A stretch of 64,000 nucleotides of DNA from positions 1 to 64,000 of the forward strand of contig CAWCFT010000014.1 of the NCBI GenBank assembly GCA_963794945.1, in the 5' to 3' direction. The position numbers and the translations under genes are program-made. Shown piece after piece: positions 30,537-40,901 of the stretch. The notes below the pieces were generated by a model. The model was not told where the DNA came from. It saw nothing but the letters and a program-made list of their open reading frames with translations, and ran no database searches. How positions within the stretch are numbered: the stretch's first letter is position 1; every line of letters begins with the position of its first letter. This DNA comes from Endomicrobiales bacterium (lineage in GTDB: Bacteria; Elusimicrobiota; Endomicrobiia; Endomicrobiales; CAWCFT01).

Positions 30537-33189
30537 ATGAATTCAAACGATATTCGCAAGAAGTTCCTGGACTATTTCGCGGCGCGCGGGCACAATGTAG
30601 TACCTTCAGACTCGCTTATACCATCCGGTGACCCAACACTGCTTTTTACATCTGCCGGCATGGTGCAGTTCAAAAAGCATTTCCTCGGGCAAAGCAAGGA
30701 CACGTTCACCCGTGCCACCACCTGCCAGAAGTCTTTCAGGACATCGGACATAGACCAGGTGGGAAAGACCAACCGCCACCTGACGTTCTTCGAAATGCTT
30801 GGCAACTTCTCCTTCGGTGACTATTTCAAGCAGGAAGCCATAGACTGGGGCTGGGAGTTCCTGACGAAAGAAATGTCCATCCCCGCAGACAAACTCTACA
30901 TAACAATATATAAAGACGACAACGAAGCCCACGATATTTGGAAAAAGATAATACCTGAGTCGCGCATAGTTCGGATGGGTGAAGAAACCAATTTCTGGAA
31001 CATGGGGCCTACAGGGCCGTGCGGCCCTTGCTCTGAGCTACTTTTCGACCTCGGCCCCAAGATGAGCTGCGGGAAACCCGACTGCGGCCCGGCTTGCAGC
31101 TGCAACCGCTACCTTGAAGTTTGGAACCTGGTTTTCACCCAGTTTGACAGGCAGGAAAACGGCGAGCTTAAAAACCTGCCCAGGAAGAATATCGACACCG
31201 GCATGGGGTTCGAACGCCTCGTAGCGGTGGCAAACGGAAAGAACAACGTTTTTGATAACGACCTTTTTGAACCCATAATAAACGACCTCGCGGGCTTCTT
31301 TGATGCTGACCCTTCAACGCACAAAGAGCAGTACCGCATGATGGCCGACCACTCACGCGCGATAACGTTCCTTATCGGTGACGGCATATTACCCTCCAAC
31401 GAAGGACGCGGATATGTGCTTAGAAGGATATTACGGCGCGCATTAAGACAGGGTAAGCTTTTCGGCATCAACGAGCCATTTCTTTATAAAGTCACAGCCC
31501 GAGCGGCCGACCTCATGAAACAGCAATATCCCGACCTTGCCGCGAGGCGCGAGAACATCGCTTCTATCACCAAAATGGAAGAAGAAAAGTTCCTTGAAAC
31601 ATTGGAAGCTGGCACAAAAATTCTTGATGAACTTATAGCAAAGTATAGCGGCACGCGTTCCGCCGAGGCAAGCGCACTAAAGACAAAATTCATGATACCC
31701 GGCAACGAGGCATTCAAACTATACGACACATACGGATTCCCGCTTGACCTGACCAGAGAAATAGCTTCCGAAAAAGGCCTTTCGGTTGACGAGGGTGGTT
31801 TCAAAACGGCGCAAGCCGAGGCGCAGACGAAATCACGGTCGGCGTGGAGCGGTTCCGGCGAAAAAGACGTGACATTCTACTCCAAACTCCACAAAGAACT
31901 TGGTGACACGGTTTTCACGGGTTATGAAAACCTCGAAGAAGAATCACTCGTCAAGGCAATAATAGTGAACGGCAAAAAAGCGGACGCGTTAAACGAAGGC
32001 GAGGAAGGCGAGATAGTCCTTTCTACAACGCCTTTCTACGCGGAGTCCGGCGGCCAGGTTGGGGACACAGGAACGATAACCGGAAGAAGCGGATCACTGG
32101 CGGAAGTCACCGATGTGCAGAAACCTTCGGGTTCAATGTTTGTGCATAAAGTAAAGGTAATACACGGCAGTTTTATTATGGACAACACCGTGACCGCCGC
32201 TATACACAAAGAACGCCGCAGATCGATAGCTCGCCACCACACGGCCACACATCTTCTGCATAAGGCGCTTAGAGAAATATTGGGCACACACGTTACGCAG
32301 GCGGGCTCGCTTGTAACGCCTGACTATTTTCGTTTCGACTTTACTCATCTTTCAGGTTTAAAGCCGGATGAAATAACAGAGGCAGAACAGATGGTAATGA
32401 AAGCGGTACTTGATAATATGCCTGTAGTTACGACTGTAATGAACATAGACGAAGCCAGGAAACAGGGTGCAATGGCGCTTTTCGGCGAAAAATACGGCGA
32501 TGTGGTCCGCTCGGTTTGCGTAAAGGACCACAGCGCCGAAAAACATTTTTCGCTTGAGCTCTGCGGCGGGCACGCACGTTTCCCGCACGGGAGATATAGG
32601 CTTTTTCAAGATAACATCCGAGTCTTCCGTGGCGGCAGGGACTCGCAGGATAGAAGGCGTAGCGGGGCATGCCGCAGAAGCGTATGTTTACGGCATCCAA
32701 AATATAATCGATAAATTCAAAGACGCGCTTAAATCTTCCACAAACGAGCTGCCTGAAAGACTGGACCGAGTTATCGGCAGACAAAAAGATTTAGAAAAAG
32801 AAATCTCTAAGTTAAAATCCCAGCTAGCGTCGGGCGGGACCGCTGACCTTTTGAAAGACGTGTTCGAAGTCAATGGGACTAAGGTCCTCGCGGCCAGGGT
32901 CGCAGATCTGGATACCGAAACTTTGAAGAGCACCATCGATAGTCTAAAAACGAAACTCGGTTCCGGAATAGTAATAGTTTTCAATACTGAAGCTGATAAA
33001 TTTTCTTTTACTGTTGCAGTTACGCCAGATGCGGCTTCAAAAGGGCACCACTCAGGAAAAATAGCGAAAAACATTGCAAAAATGGTAGGCGGTTCAGGTG
33101 GCGGGCGCCCGGAATTCGCGCAGGGCGGCGGAAAAGATATGTCAAAGATAGATCCGGCCCTCAAAAACATAGCCGAAGCGTTAAAGTAG
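30537..33189 (+). CDS. alaS: Alanine-tRNA ligase (indel near 32570)
   Basis: LLFTSAGMVQFK, FFEMLGNFSFGDYFK, DTGMG.ER, HTATHLLH, ELCGG/THV, GGGRPEFAQGGG. Confidence 0.96.
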
Positions 33190-33206
33190 CATGTCAGGAG
33201 CAACCT

Positions 33207-33749
33207 ATGAAAACATTCGTTGCAGTTTCAGTCCTTGGAAAAGACAGGCCAGGTATAGTAGCTGACGTTACGAAGGTGCTTTTTGATACCGGCTGCAACA
33301 TTGAAGATTCTTCCATGACCATGCTGGCCAGCGAATTTGCGATGATACTGCTGGTGGCGCTGCCTGGTAAACTTTCAGTTAAGCAGCTATCCGATAAATT
33401 CTCCGCGCTCTGTGAATCAGGTTTGAGCGTTTCGTTAAGGACGCTGAAACCCATTGAAGAAGTAAAATCCTGCCTTAAAGGCTCGCAGTACATAATCTCG
33501 GTTTACGGCTCGGATAAACCCGGGATAGTTTATGAGGTCAGCAAGTACCTGGCTTCAAAAAAGATAAACATTACGGATGTTCAAACAAGCATCTCATCTA
33601 TTGGCGGGAAACACACGTATATAATGTTCCTCGAAGTGGACGTGCCGGAAAAGATGCCGCGTGAACAGCTTGAGATCGAGCTCCTGAAAGTCGCTGAACT
33701 GCTGGGGGTCTCAGTTTCGTTAAACCCGGTAGATTCTCCAAGCCTATAA
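33207..33749 (+). CDS. Tandem ACT-domain protein (GcvR-like)
   Basis: GKDRPGIV and GSDKPGIV ACT motifs. Confidence 0.88.
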   Translation: MKTFVAVSVLGKDRPGIVADVTKVLFDTGCNIEDSSMTMLASEFAMILLVALPGKLSVKQLSDKFSALCESGLSVSLRTLKPIEEVKSCLKGSQYIISVYGSDKPGIVYEVSKYLASKKINITDVQTSISSIGGKHTYIMFLEVDVPEKMPREQLEIELLKVAELLGVSVSLNPVDSPSL

Positions 33750-33767
33750 CCCTGACCGGAACCAATC

Positions 33768-34286
33768 TTGGCCATTCAAAAGATACTCACCATCCCAAAC
33801 CCGTTCCTCAAGAACAAAGTGCTCTACGTAGTCAACATTGACGAACGTGTCCGGTCGGTCATCAGCTCCATGACTGAGACTATGCGCCATTACCCGCACT
33901 GCGTCGGCCTCGCGGCTTCACAGGCCGGCATCGATCTGAGAATAATAGTTGTAGACGTTTCCCTGTACCACAAGAAACACCCGAACCGCGGGCTTATAAC
34001 GCTTATCAACCCGGTAGTAGTTAAAAGTTCAGGAAAGATAATGTTCCGGGAAGGATGCCTCAGCGTTCCCGAGTTCACTGGCGATGTTACCAGAGCCGAC
34101 GAGATAGAGGTTCACGGCCTGGACCCGGATGGCAAAAAGGTTGAGATCATATCGAAGGGGTTCGAGTCAGTTGTTCTGCAGCACGAGATCGACCACCTCG
34201 ACGGCATACTATTCCTGGACCGCGTTAGCTCTCTTAAGACAGACGTATTCCGGAGAAAACAGGTTTGCTTGCCACAAAAGCAATAA
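33768..34286 (+). CDS. def: Peptide deformylase
   Basis: GLAASQ, EGCLS, QHEIDHLDG. Confidence 0.93.
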   Translation: MAIQKILTIPNPFLKNKVLYVVNIDERVRSVISSMTETMRHYPHCVGLAASQAGIDLRIIVVDVSLYHKKHPNRGLITLINPVVVKSSGKIMFREGCLSVPEFTGDVTRADEIEVHGLDPDGKKVEIISKGFESVVLQHEIDHLDGILFLDRVSSLKTDVFRRKQVCLPQKQ

Positions 34287-34307
34287 TAAGTTAAAATCTA
34301 TTAATAA

Positions 34308-34380
34308 GTCCTCGTAGCTCAATTGGATAGAGTACCGGCCTCCGAAGCCGGTCGTCCCGGTTCAAGTCCGGGCGAGGACG
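34308..34380 (+). tRNA. tRNA-Arg(CCG)
   Basis: Acceptor stem GTCCTCG/CGAGGAC, anticodon arm CCGGC-CTCCGAA-GCCGG, T-loop GGTTCAAGTCC. CCA is not encoded. Confidence 0.95.
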
Positions 34381-34409
34381 TTTAACTTCAGCCGCCTATC
34401 TAAATAGGA

Positions 34410-34508
34410 GTAGTTTCCGCCATAGGCGGACCCGCCGTTGAGGCGGGCAATTGGATAGAGCACCGGCCTCCGAAGCCGGTCGTCCCGGTTCAAGTCCGGG
34501 CGGGCGCG
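34410..34508 (+). pseudogene. Degenerate second tRNA-Arg(CCG) copy, with two short hairpins in place of its 5' part
   Basis: 34448-34502 repeats 34320-34374 with one mismatch. No matching 5' acceptor strand. Confidence 0.7.
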
Positions 34509-34553
34509 CTAAGATAATACGGCTGCCCCCGCCAAACAGTCCAAAACAACAAT

Positions 34554-35024
34554 ATGAAAGCCATAATTCAGAGAGTTACAAAGGCGAGTGTGACCATCAA
34601 CGCTTCCGAAAAGCGTGAGATCGGTAAGGGGTTTGTCGTTCTACTGGGAGTGGGCCCTAACGATATTGTTGAAACATGCCGTGTGCTCGCCGATAAAATA
34701 GTGAACCTCAGAATATTTCCAAACGACGAGGGAAAATTCAGCAAATCGCTTATCGATGTTAAAGGGGAGCTCCTAGTGATATCGCAGTTCACACTTCACG
34801 CCGACTGTTCAAGAGGCAGAAGGCCCGATTTCACCTCTGCGGCGCGGCCTGATAAAGCCATTCTTCTTTACGAGGAATTTCTTAGAACACTGCGCACATT
34901 CCCCTTAAAAGTCGTTGCGGGCGAGTTCGCGGCGGACATGCTGGTAACTATAAATAATGATGGCCCTGTAACTATAACAATTGATACAAACATAGACTGT
35001 AGAAAATCGGCCGCACAATATTAA
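34554..35024 (+). CDS. dtd: D-aminoacyl-tRNA deacylase
   Basis: MKAIIQRV, SQFTL, GRRPDF, NDGPVT. Confidence 0.95.
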   Translation: MKAIIQRVTKASVTINASEKREIGKGFVVLLGVGPNDIVETCRVLADKIVNLRIFPNDEGKFSKSLIDVKGELLVISQFTLHADCSRGRRPDFTSAARPDKAILLYEEFLRTLRTFPLKVVAGEFAADMLVTINNDGPVTITIDTNIDCRKSAAQY

Positions 35025-35033
35025 CCTGCATAA

Positions 35034-35918
35034 ATGAAAAACAAATCCAAAGATAATATTTCAAAACTGTTCGAGATGCTTAACCCCTGCAAGCTGTGCC
35101 CCAGCCGGTGCGGAGTCAACCGCCTTGCAGATGAAAAAGGCAGATGCGGCGCCGGCGCTGAGATTTTCGTCTCCAGCTGCAACCTTCATTTTTCCGAAGA
35201 ACCGCCGGTGTCAGGGACAAAAGGTTCCGGCACAATATTTTTTACAGGCTGCAGCCTCTCTTGCCTGTTCTGCCAGAACTATCCGATCAGCCAGCTCAAA
35301 CACGGCAACAAGATGTCGGTTGAACAACTCGTTAAAAATATGCTAGACCTCCAAAGCAAAGGGGCCCATAACATAAATTTTGTGACACCCACGCATTATG
35401 CCGCCCATATGGCCCAAGCTGTGGTGACTGCAAGGAATGCGGGTTTAATTATTCCAATACTCTACAATTCAAGCGGTTATGACAGCGTAGAGACACTCAA
35501 GCTATTGGAAGGTATAGTCAATATCTATATGCCCGACGCAAAGTATTGCGACGACGTTAACGCGCTCAAATACTCAGGAACCTACCGCTACACTGAGACA
35601 AACAAGGCAGCCCTTAAAGAGATGTTCAAACAGGTGGGCAACCTTAAATATGACAGTGACGGCATAGCTACAAGCGGACTGATCATAAGACACCTGGTGC
35701 TTCCTGGCAACGCCGCCGGGTCGAAAAATGTGCTAAAGTTCATCGCGGAAGAGATCTCCAGCGAAGTTGCCCTTAGCCTTATGTCACAATATCATCCGGC
35801 TCACAAGGCGGGCGAATACCCGGAACTTTCAAAGCGGCTCACTAAAAAGGAATATGCCAAAGTGTTGAGTTATGCCGAGAAGCTTGGTTTTGAAAACGGC
35901 TGGCGCCAGGAACTTTAG
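35034..35918 (+). CDS. Radical SAM protein, PflX-like
   Basis: CKLCPSRCGVNR, EEPPVSG..GSGTIFF, CSLSCLFCQNY, RHLVLPG, MSQYHP. Confidence 0.88.
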   Translation: MKNKSKDNISKLFEMLNPCKLCPSRCGVNRLADEKGRCGAGAEIFVSSCNLHFSEEPPVSGTKGSGTIFFTGCSLSCLFCQNYPISQLKHGNKMSVEQLVKNMLDLQSKGAHNINFVTPTHYAAHMAQAVVTARNAGLIIPILYNSSGYDSVETLKLLEGIVNIYMPDAKYCDDVNALKYSGTYRYTETNKAALKEMFKQVGNLKYDSDGIATSGLIIRHLVLPGNAAGSKNVLKFIAEEISSEVALSLMSQYHPAHKAGEYPELSKRLTKKEYAKVLSYAEKLGFENGWRQEL

Positions 35919-35946
35919 TTTAACGAAATTTAAGCGTTAAATTGCT

Positions 35947-35975
35947 TTGACATGGCTTGGAAATTTTTGTAGGAT
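35947..35975 (+). promoter_or_regulatory. Putative sigma70 promoter
   Basis: TTGACA, 17 nt, TAGGAT. Confidence 0.65.
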
Positions 35976-36116
35976 TTAACAGCGGGGAGTTAGCTTAACC
36001 ACTTATAATACTCGAATCATTTATCTCTCCAAAGCGGATTAAGCGAACTAGTTAGAAGTTCTTGAAGCCAAATATTGAGACCTCTAACCAGGTAATACTT
36101 TTTAACGGAGAAGAAA

Positions 36117-36914
36117 ATGGCAAGACCCGCTCTTTATTCCGGCACATGGTATCCATCAGACAAAAAAGAACTTGAAAAATATTTTGAAGCAGGCGCAAAA
36201 AAGCAGGAAGCCAAAGCCGCTGTATGTCCTCATGCGGGATGGCTGTATTCAGGCAAAACAGCCGGCAAAGTGTTTTCCGAACTCAAACCCTCGCCTTTGT
36301 ACATAGTTATAGGCCCAAACCACAGGGGAAGAGGCGCGCCTGTAAGCGTGTACCCGGGAGGGTCATGGCAAACACCGGCCGGCGACCTTGATATTGATGA
36401 GGAGGCCGCGGCTTCGATCGCCGATCTTTCAAAGTATGCAAAGCTTGATGATACGGCTCACATACAGGAACATTCGCTTGAGGTCCAGGCGCCTTTTATA
36501 AAACTTACGAGCCCTTCAGCGAAGATCGTACCTATATGTATGTACGATTACAGCCCCGAAACCTGCAAAGACCTCGGGCTGGCTATAGCAAAGGTCGCTC
36601 TGGGAAAGCAAGTCAACAAGAACCTTTTGATAATCGCCTCAACGGATATGAGCCATTACGTTGCGGCTTCGCGGCGAAAGAGGCAGAACGGCCTCGCTAT
36701 AGATAAAATATTGAGCCTTGACCCGGAAGGCCTCCTCTCCACAGTAGAAGAGAACGGCATTTCAATGTGCGGAGCGGGCCCAGTAGCCGCGGCGCTCTGG
36801 GCAGCGAAAGAACTGGGAGCGTCAAAAGGAAGGCTTGTTAATTACAGCACGTCTGGCGATGTTACCGGAGACAACCGTGAAGTTGTAGGATATGCAGGAA
36901 TAATAATAACCTGA
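36117..36914 (+). CDS. MEMO1-family protein (AmmeMemoRadiSam protein B)
   Basis: PHAGWLYSG, GPNH, EHSLEVQ, ASTDMSHY, SMCG, VVGYA. Confidence 0.92.
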   Translation: MARPALYSGTWYPSDKKELEKYFEAGAKKQEAKAAVCPHAGWLYSGKTAGKVFSELKPSPLYIVIGPNHRGRGAPVSVYPGGSWQTPAGDLDIDEEAAASIADLSKYAKLDDTAHIQEHSLEVQAPFIKLTSPSAKIVPICMYDYSPETCKDLGLAIAKVALGKQVNKNLLIIASTDMSHYVAASRRKRQNGLAIDKILSLDPEGLLSTVEENGISMCGAGPVAAALWAAKELGASKGRLVNYSTSGDVTGDNREVVGYAGIIIT

Positions 36915-36972
36915 AATTGACCTTATTACGTTATTACAGCGCTCACGTTGGGATTTTTGGAGCGACACTAAA

Positions 36973-37338
36973 TTGAACATAAACATAAAAAAAGCAATTC
37001 TCCCTGTAGCCTTGACTTTTCTCCTTGGCCCGGGAGTCGGCCACATATTCATAGGAAAAATCAAAAAGGGTTTCGTACTGCTTGGCATAACCTTTCTTGC
37101 CGGCTTCCTGTTCTTTTTCAAGGCAGCGCTCGCGGCGGCAAAATCAACCAATGCCATGCAGGACCCGGCGCGGGTTATGCATGAATTCTACGCGTCGAAC
37201 CCTACTACGGTGTTCTATTTCGATGTTATATTCGCGGCTATCTGGGCTTACGCTTTTGTCGATGTATTTTTTAAGACCCAGCCGGAAGATTTTTTCGAAC
37301 GCAAAAGTATAGATAATGGATCCACTGGCAGGGATTGA
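36973..37338 (+). CDS. Hypothetical membrane protein
   Basis: PGVGHIFIGKIKKG motif followed by TM helices. Confidence 0.7.
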   Translation: MNINIKKAILPVALTFLLGPGVGHIFIGKIKKGFVLLGITFLAGFLFFFKAALAAAKSTNAMQDPARVMHEFYASNPTTVFYFDVIFAAIWAYAFVDVFFKTQPEDFFERKSIDNGSTGRD

Positions 37339-37371
37339 ACCACATATAAACTCATACGGGGAAACGTTTTT

Positions 37372-38020
37372 ATGAAGACTGTCAGTAGTCTGCGGATGCG
37401 CGAGATAGAACTTCAAGCTGTGCGCGACTTCGGAGTTAGCGAGCTCACGATTGGAAAACGCAGGCCGGGCCGTAGCCGACACAATAGAATTTGTTTACTC
37501 CTTAAGAGAGATTTCCAAAAACAAAAAAGTGTATATTTTCTGCGGCGCCGGCAATAACGGAGGGGACGGACTGGTCGCGGCCCGCCACCTGCACGACAAA
37601 CAATACGCTCCAGAGATCATACTTATAAAGAGCCCCGAGCTTTTCAGGGACGTTTCCTACATAAATTACAACATGGCTCTTAAGACGGGGATAAAAATTC
37701 AACAGTTCCAAAAACTTTTATCGCTCGCTGAAGGCGGCCTAATAGTTGACGCGATGCTGGGAACAGGGACTAATAGCGATGTCCGTGAACCGTATTTAAG
37801 CGCGATCAGGCTGATCAACTCCACAAATCTGCCTGTAGTATCAGTTGATGTGCCATCGGGTTTATGCGCCGATACAGGCAGGATAATGGGCGATGCGGTT
37901 CGAGCCGATTACACTGTAGCGATAGCCGCTGCAAAGACCGGGCTTGCAGAAGAGCTGGCGAAGCCCTATGTAGGCGATATCAAGATCGCGGATATTGGCA
38001 TTCCAAAAGACCTGATTTGA
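37372..38020 (+). CDS. nnrE: NAD(P)H-hydrate epimerase (YjeF N-terminal domain; indel near 37450)
   Basis: ENAGRAVA, CGAGNNGGDG, VDAMLGTG, SVDVPSG, DIGIP. Confidence 0.92.
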
Positions 38021-38142
38021 CCGCGCTTAGGCGGCCTTATTCTAAGAATATCTTAACCCAGCCGCCAAGTGGCACCGAATCCTTCCAATAAACCTTTTTT
38101 TTTGATAAAATTACGTTAGCTTAAGTTATTAAAATATCAATA

Positions 38143-39472
38143 ATGAAAAAATATATTCTTCTTATATTAGCCATATCCTGCCTGTACCCGTGTTTATACG
38201 CGTCCAACGGCAATTCCATTTTTAAAGGAGTGAAAACAGTGCGCCTCCATAACGGGACTACCGTCCTTATCGATGAAAACCACTCTCAGCCGCTCGTAAC
38301 CGTTCAGGTCTGGGTAAAAGTAGGCTCGATCAACGAAGATGAAAGCACATACGGGCTTTCTCACTTCATTGAGCACCTTATCTTCAAGGGAAGCAAGAAC
38401 TATCCGGGCGACCTTATGACACGCATGGTCGAGACCAGGGGAGGGATGATCAACGCGGCGACATCTAAGGAATTCACAGAGTTCTATATAGACATGCAGA
38501 AAGACGGTTTTGAAGACGCCGTGAAACTGCTGGCGGACGCGATGTCTAACGCGCTTTTTCCGCAGGAAGAGATCGACCGCGAACGCCCAGTGGTTATAGA
38601 AGAAATAGTCAGGTCGAATGACAACCCTGGCTCTGTGCTCTATGATCTCTTCAATACGACAATGTTCCTTGTCACCCCTTACAAGCACAACGTAATAGGC
38701 TCTGCAAACATCATACGCAAGGTGTCCAGGGAAGACATACTGAATTACTACCACAAACATTATTTACCAGAAAACATTATAGTTTCGGTCGGAGGAGACT
38801 TCGACGCAGGCAAGGCCCGCGAAATAATTAAGAACTCGTTCGGCAAAACGGAGATGGATAGCCGCGCGGCATCGGAGCAACCATCGCTTATAGAACCGGA
38901 ACACAAATCCAATTTTCTCGCAAGGACAAAAGATGTCGAGCACGCGTACTGGCTCGGCGGCTTTCCTGGGCCCTGATATTACCAGCGATGACCAGTTCGC
39001 CGCTGACCTCGCTTCAACGATACTCGGGGGCGGCAGGTCATCGCGCCTGTATAGAAAACTGCGAGAAGAGGACCGGCTTGTTTACTCCGTGTCTTCATCC
39101 TTCTGGTCGCAAAGAGGGACAGGCGTGTTCGCGATTAACGCCGTTTTTGACATTGAGAACGAAAAAAAATCCGTGGAAGGCATAATTAATGAGATAAACA
39201 CCCTGATGAAATACGGCCCGACAGATGAAGAGATGGACAGGGCAAAGATAATGACTAAATCACAATGGTATTTCAACCTCGAGACCATCCATGACCGCGC
39301 GTCGACACTTGGCTATTGGAACCTGATCGGCAGGCCTGACCTCGCGGACACTTATATTGAAAATATCGAAAAGGTGACAAAAGACGATATAGTTGCTTTC
39401 TTCAAGAAATATTACGGGCCGAACAATATCAACCAAGCGGAGCTTATTTATAAATCAAAAAATGCGAAGTAG
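38143..39472 (+). CDS. M16-family zinc peptidase, active subunit (indel near 38968)
   Basis: HFIEH (HxxEH), NAATS.E.T, ILGGGRSSRLY. Signal peptide. Confidence 0.92.
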
Positions 39473-40877
39473 AATTGCACTGACCATCATTTTGTCATTA
39501 TTTTCAGCCGCTGCCACGGCCCACGCTGGAGGAAACGTGAAAGATACTAGCACGCCCGAAAATTCCACAAGTACGATAAGCACTGCGCCCGGAAATGCGC
39601 CATCGAGCAACGATGGAGTCACGGTATTCATTCTTCCGAACGGCATCAGGGTGATACACAAAGAGATCGGAGAGAACCCTATAGCCACGCTGCAGATATT
39701 CTTGAAGGGTGGGATAATAAACGAGACTCCCCAGCAGGCTGGGATAACGAACATGATGCAGTCACTGCTGATGCAGGGCACAAAAACACGCAGCTCCGAA
39801 GCCCTCTCGGCTGAAATAGAAAGCCTGGGAGCAAATGTCCCGATGGAAACGGCATACGACTATTCCAGCATAGGCATCTCTGCCCTTGACACAAACATCT
39901 ATAAATCCGCAGAGCTCCTTTCGGACATCGTTTCAAATCCGGCCTTCGATAATAAAGAGATAGACAAGGAAAGAACTTATATTTTGGCCTCTCTTAAGAG
40001 CCGGAAGGATCAGATATCAATTGTAGCCGGAGACACATTCATCTCAAAGTTTTACGGCAGGCACCCGTACTCGTGGCCTGAACCCGGAAAGCCCTCTACC
40101 GTTGCCAAATTTACAAGGGAAGACCTCATTAAATGGCACGACAGGCTTTATGTATCTAACAATATGACTCTTGTCATCGCCGGCAAAATAAGTTTGGATG
40201 CCGCGAAAAGCATAGCCGAAAAATATTTTGCAGGAATTTCTTCCGGCACCGCCATGCCTCAAGCCTCTAAACCCGTCAAACCGGAAGCCGGCACTGTAAT
40301 TGAAGGGACCCAAAAGTTCCAGCAGGCGTTCCTGATGGAAGGCTTTACAGCGCCGGCACTGGCTGAAGACGACTTCTACGCCCTCAAGGTACTAAACAGC
40401 CTGATAGGCGGAAGAATGACAAGCCGGCTTTTCGTAGAACTGCGCGAAAAGCTCAGCCTCGCATATGAGGTGAGCTCGTATTATCCTTCAAGGAAAGAAC
40501 TTTCAAGATTCGTCATATATATGGGCCTCGACAAGAAGAATATTCCGCTTGCCACGAAAAGGATAGATGAGATCTTAACAGACCTGAAGAACACACCCGT
40601 ATCGGACAGCGAGCTCTCCGACACCAAGAATTATATCAGAGGTGTATACTTCCTCGACCGCCAGACTGTCTCTAGAAAAGCCTGGTATATCGGCTGGTGG
40701 GAAACCATGGGTTTCGGTTACGAGTATGACAAGACATACCTTGACAACCTTATGTCCGTTACTCCCGCTGACATACAGAGAGTGGCGCAGAAATATTTTA
40801 CTGCCGGCAGAGTTACGGTCGAGATAATACCCGGCAAACAACCCGCGGCCCATAAAAGCGTAAAAACCAAAAAATAG
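39462..40877 (+). CDS. M16-family peptidase, inactive partner subunit
   Basis: LPNGIRV and SRLFVELREKLSLAY, but no HxxEH. Signal peptide. Confidence 0.88.
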   Translation: MRSRIALTIILSLFSAAATAHAGGNVKDTSTPENSTSTISTAPGNAPSSNDGVTVFILPNGIRVIHKEIGENPIATLQIFLKGGIINETPQQAGITNMMQSLLMQGTKTRSSEALSAEIESLGANVPMETAYDYSSIGISALDTNIYKSAELLSDIVSNPAFDNKEIDKERTYILASLKSRKDQISIVAGDTFISKFYGRHPYSWPEPGKPSTVAKFTREDLIKWHDRLYVSNNMTLVIAGKISLDAAKSIAEKYFAGISSGTAMPQASKPVKPEAGTVIEGTQKFQQAFLMEGFTAPALAEDDFYALKVLNSLIGGRMTSRLFVELREKLSLAYEVSSYYPSRKELSRFVIYMGLDKKNIPLATKRIDEILTDLKNTPVSDSELSDTKNYIRGVYFLDRQTVSRKAWYIGWWETMGFGYEYDKTYLDNLMSVTPADIQRVAQKYFTAGRVTVEIIPGKQPAAHKSVKTKK

Positions 40878-40901
40878 AGCGCACATTTTTTGATAAGATC
40901 A

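Noticed and set aside
32554..32714. Programmed frameshift in alaS (and purH, ribH)
   Set aside because: No slippery heptamer or stimulatory structure is evident, and indels occur throughout the window, consistent with sequencing error.
35034..36914. Complete AmmeMemoRadiSam system
   Set aside because: Only the MEMO (B) protein and a PflX-like rSAM are present. There is no AMMECR1 (A) gene in the window, and a promoter separates the two genes.
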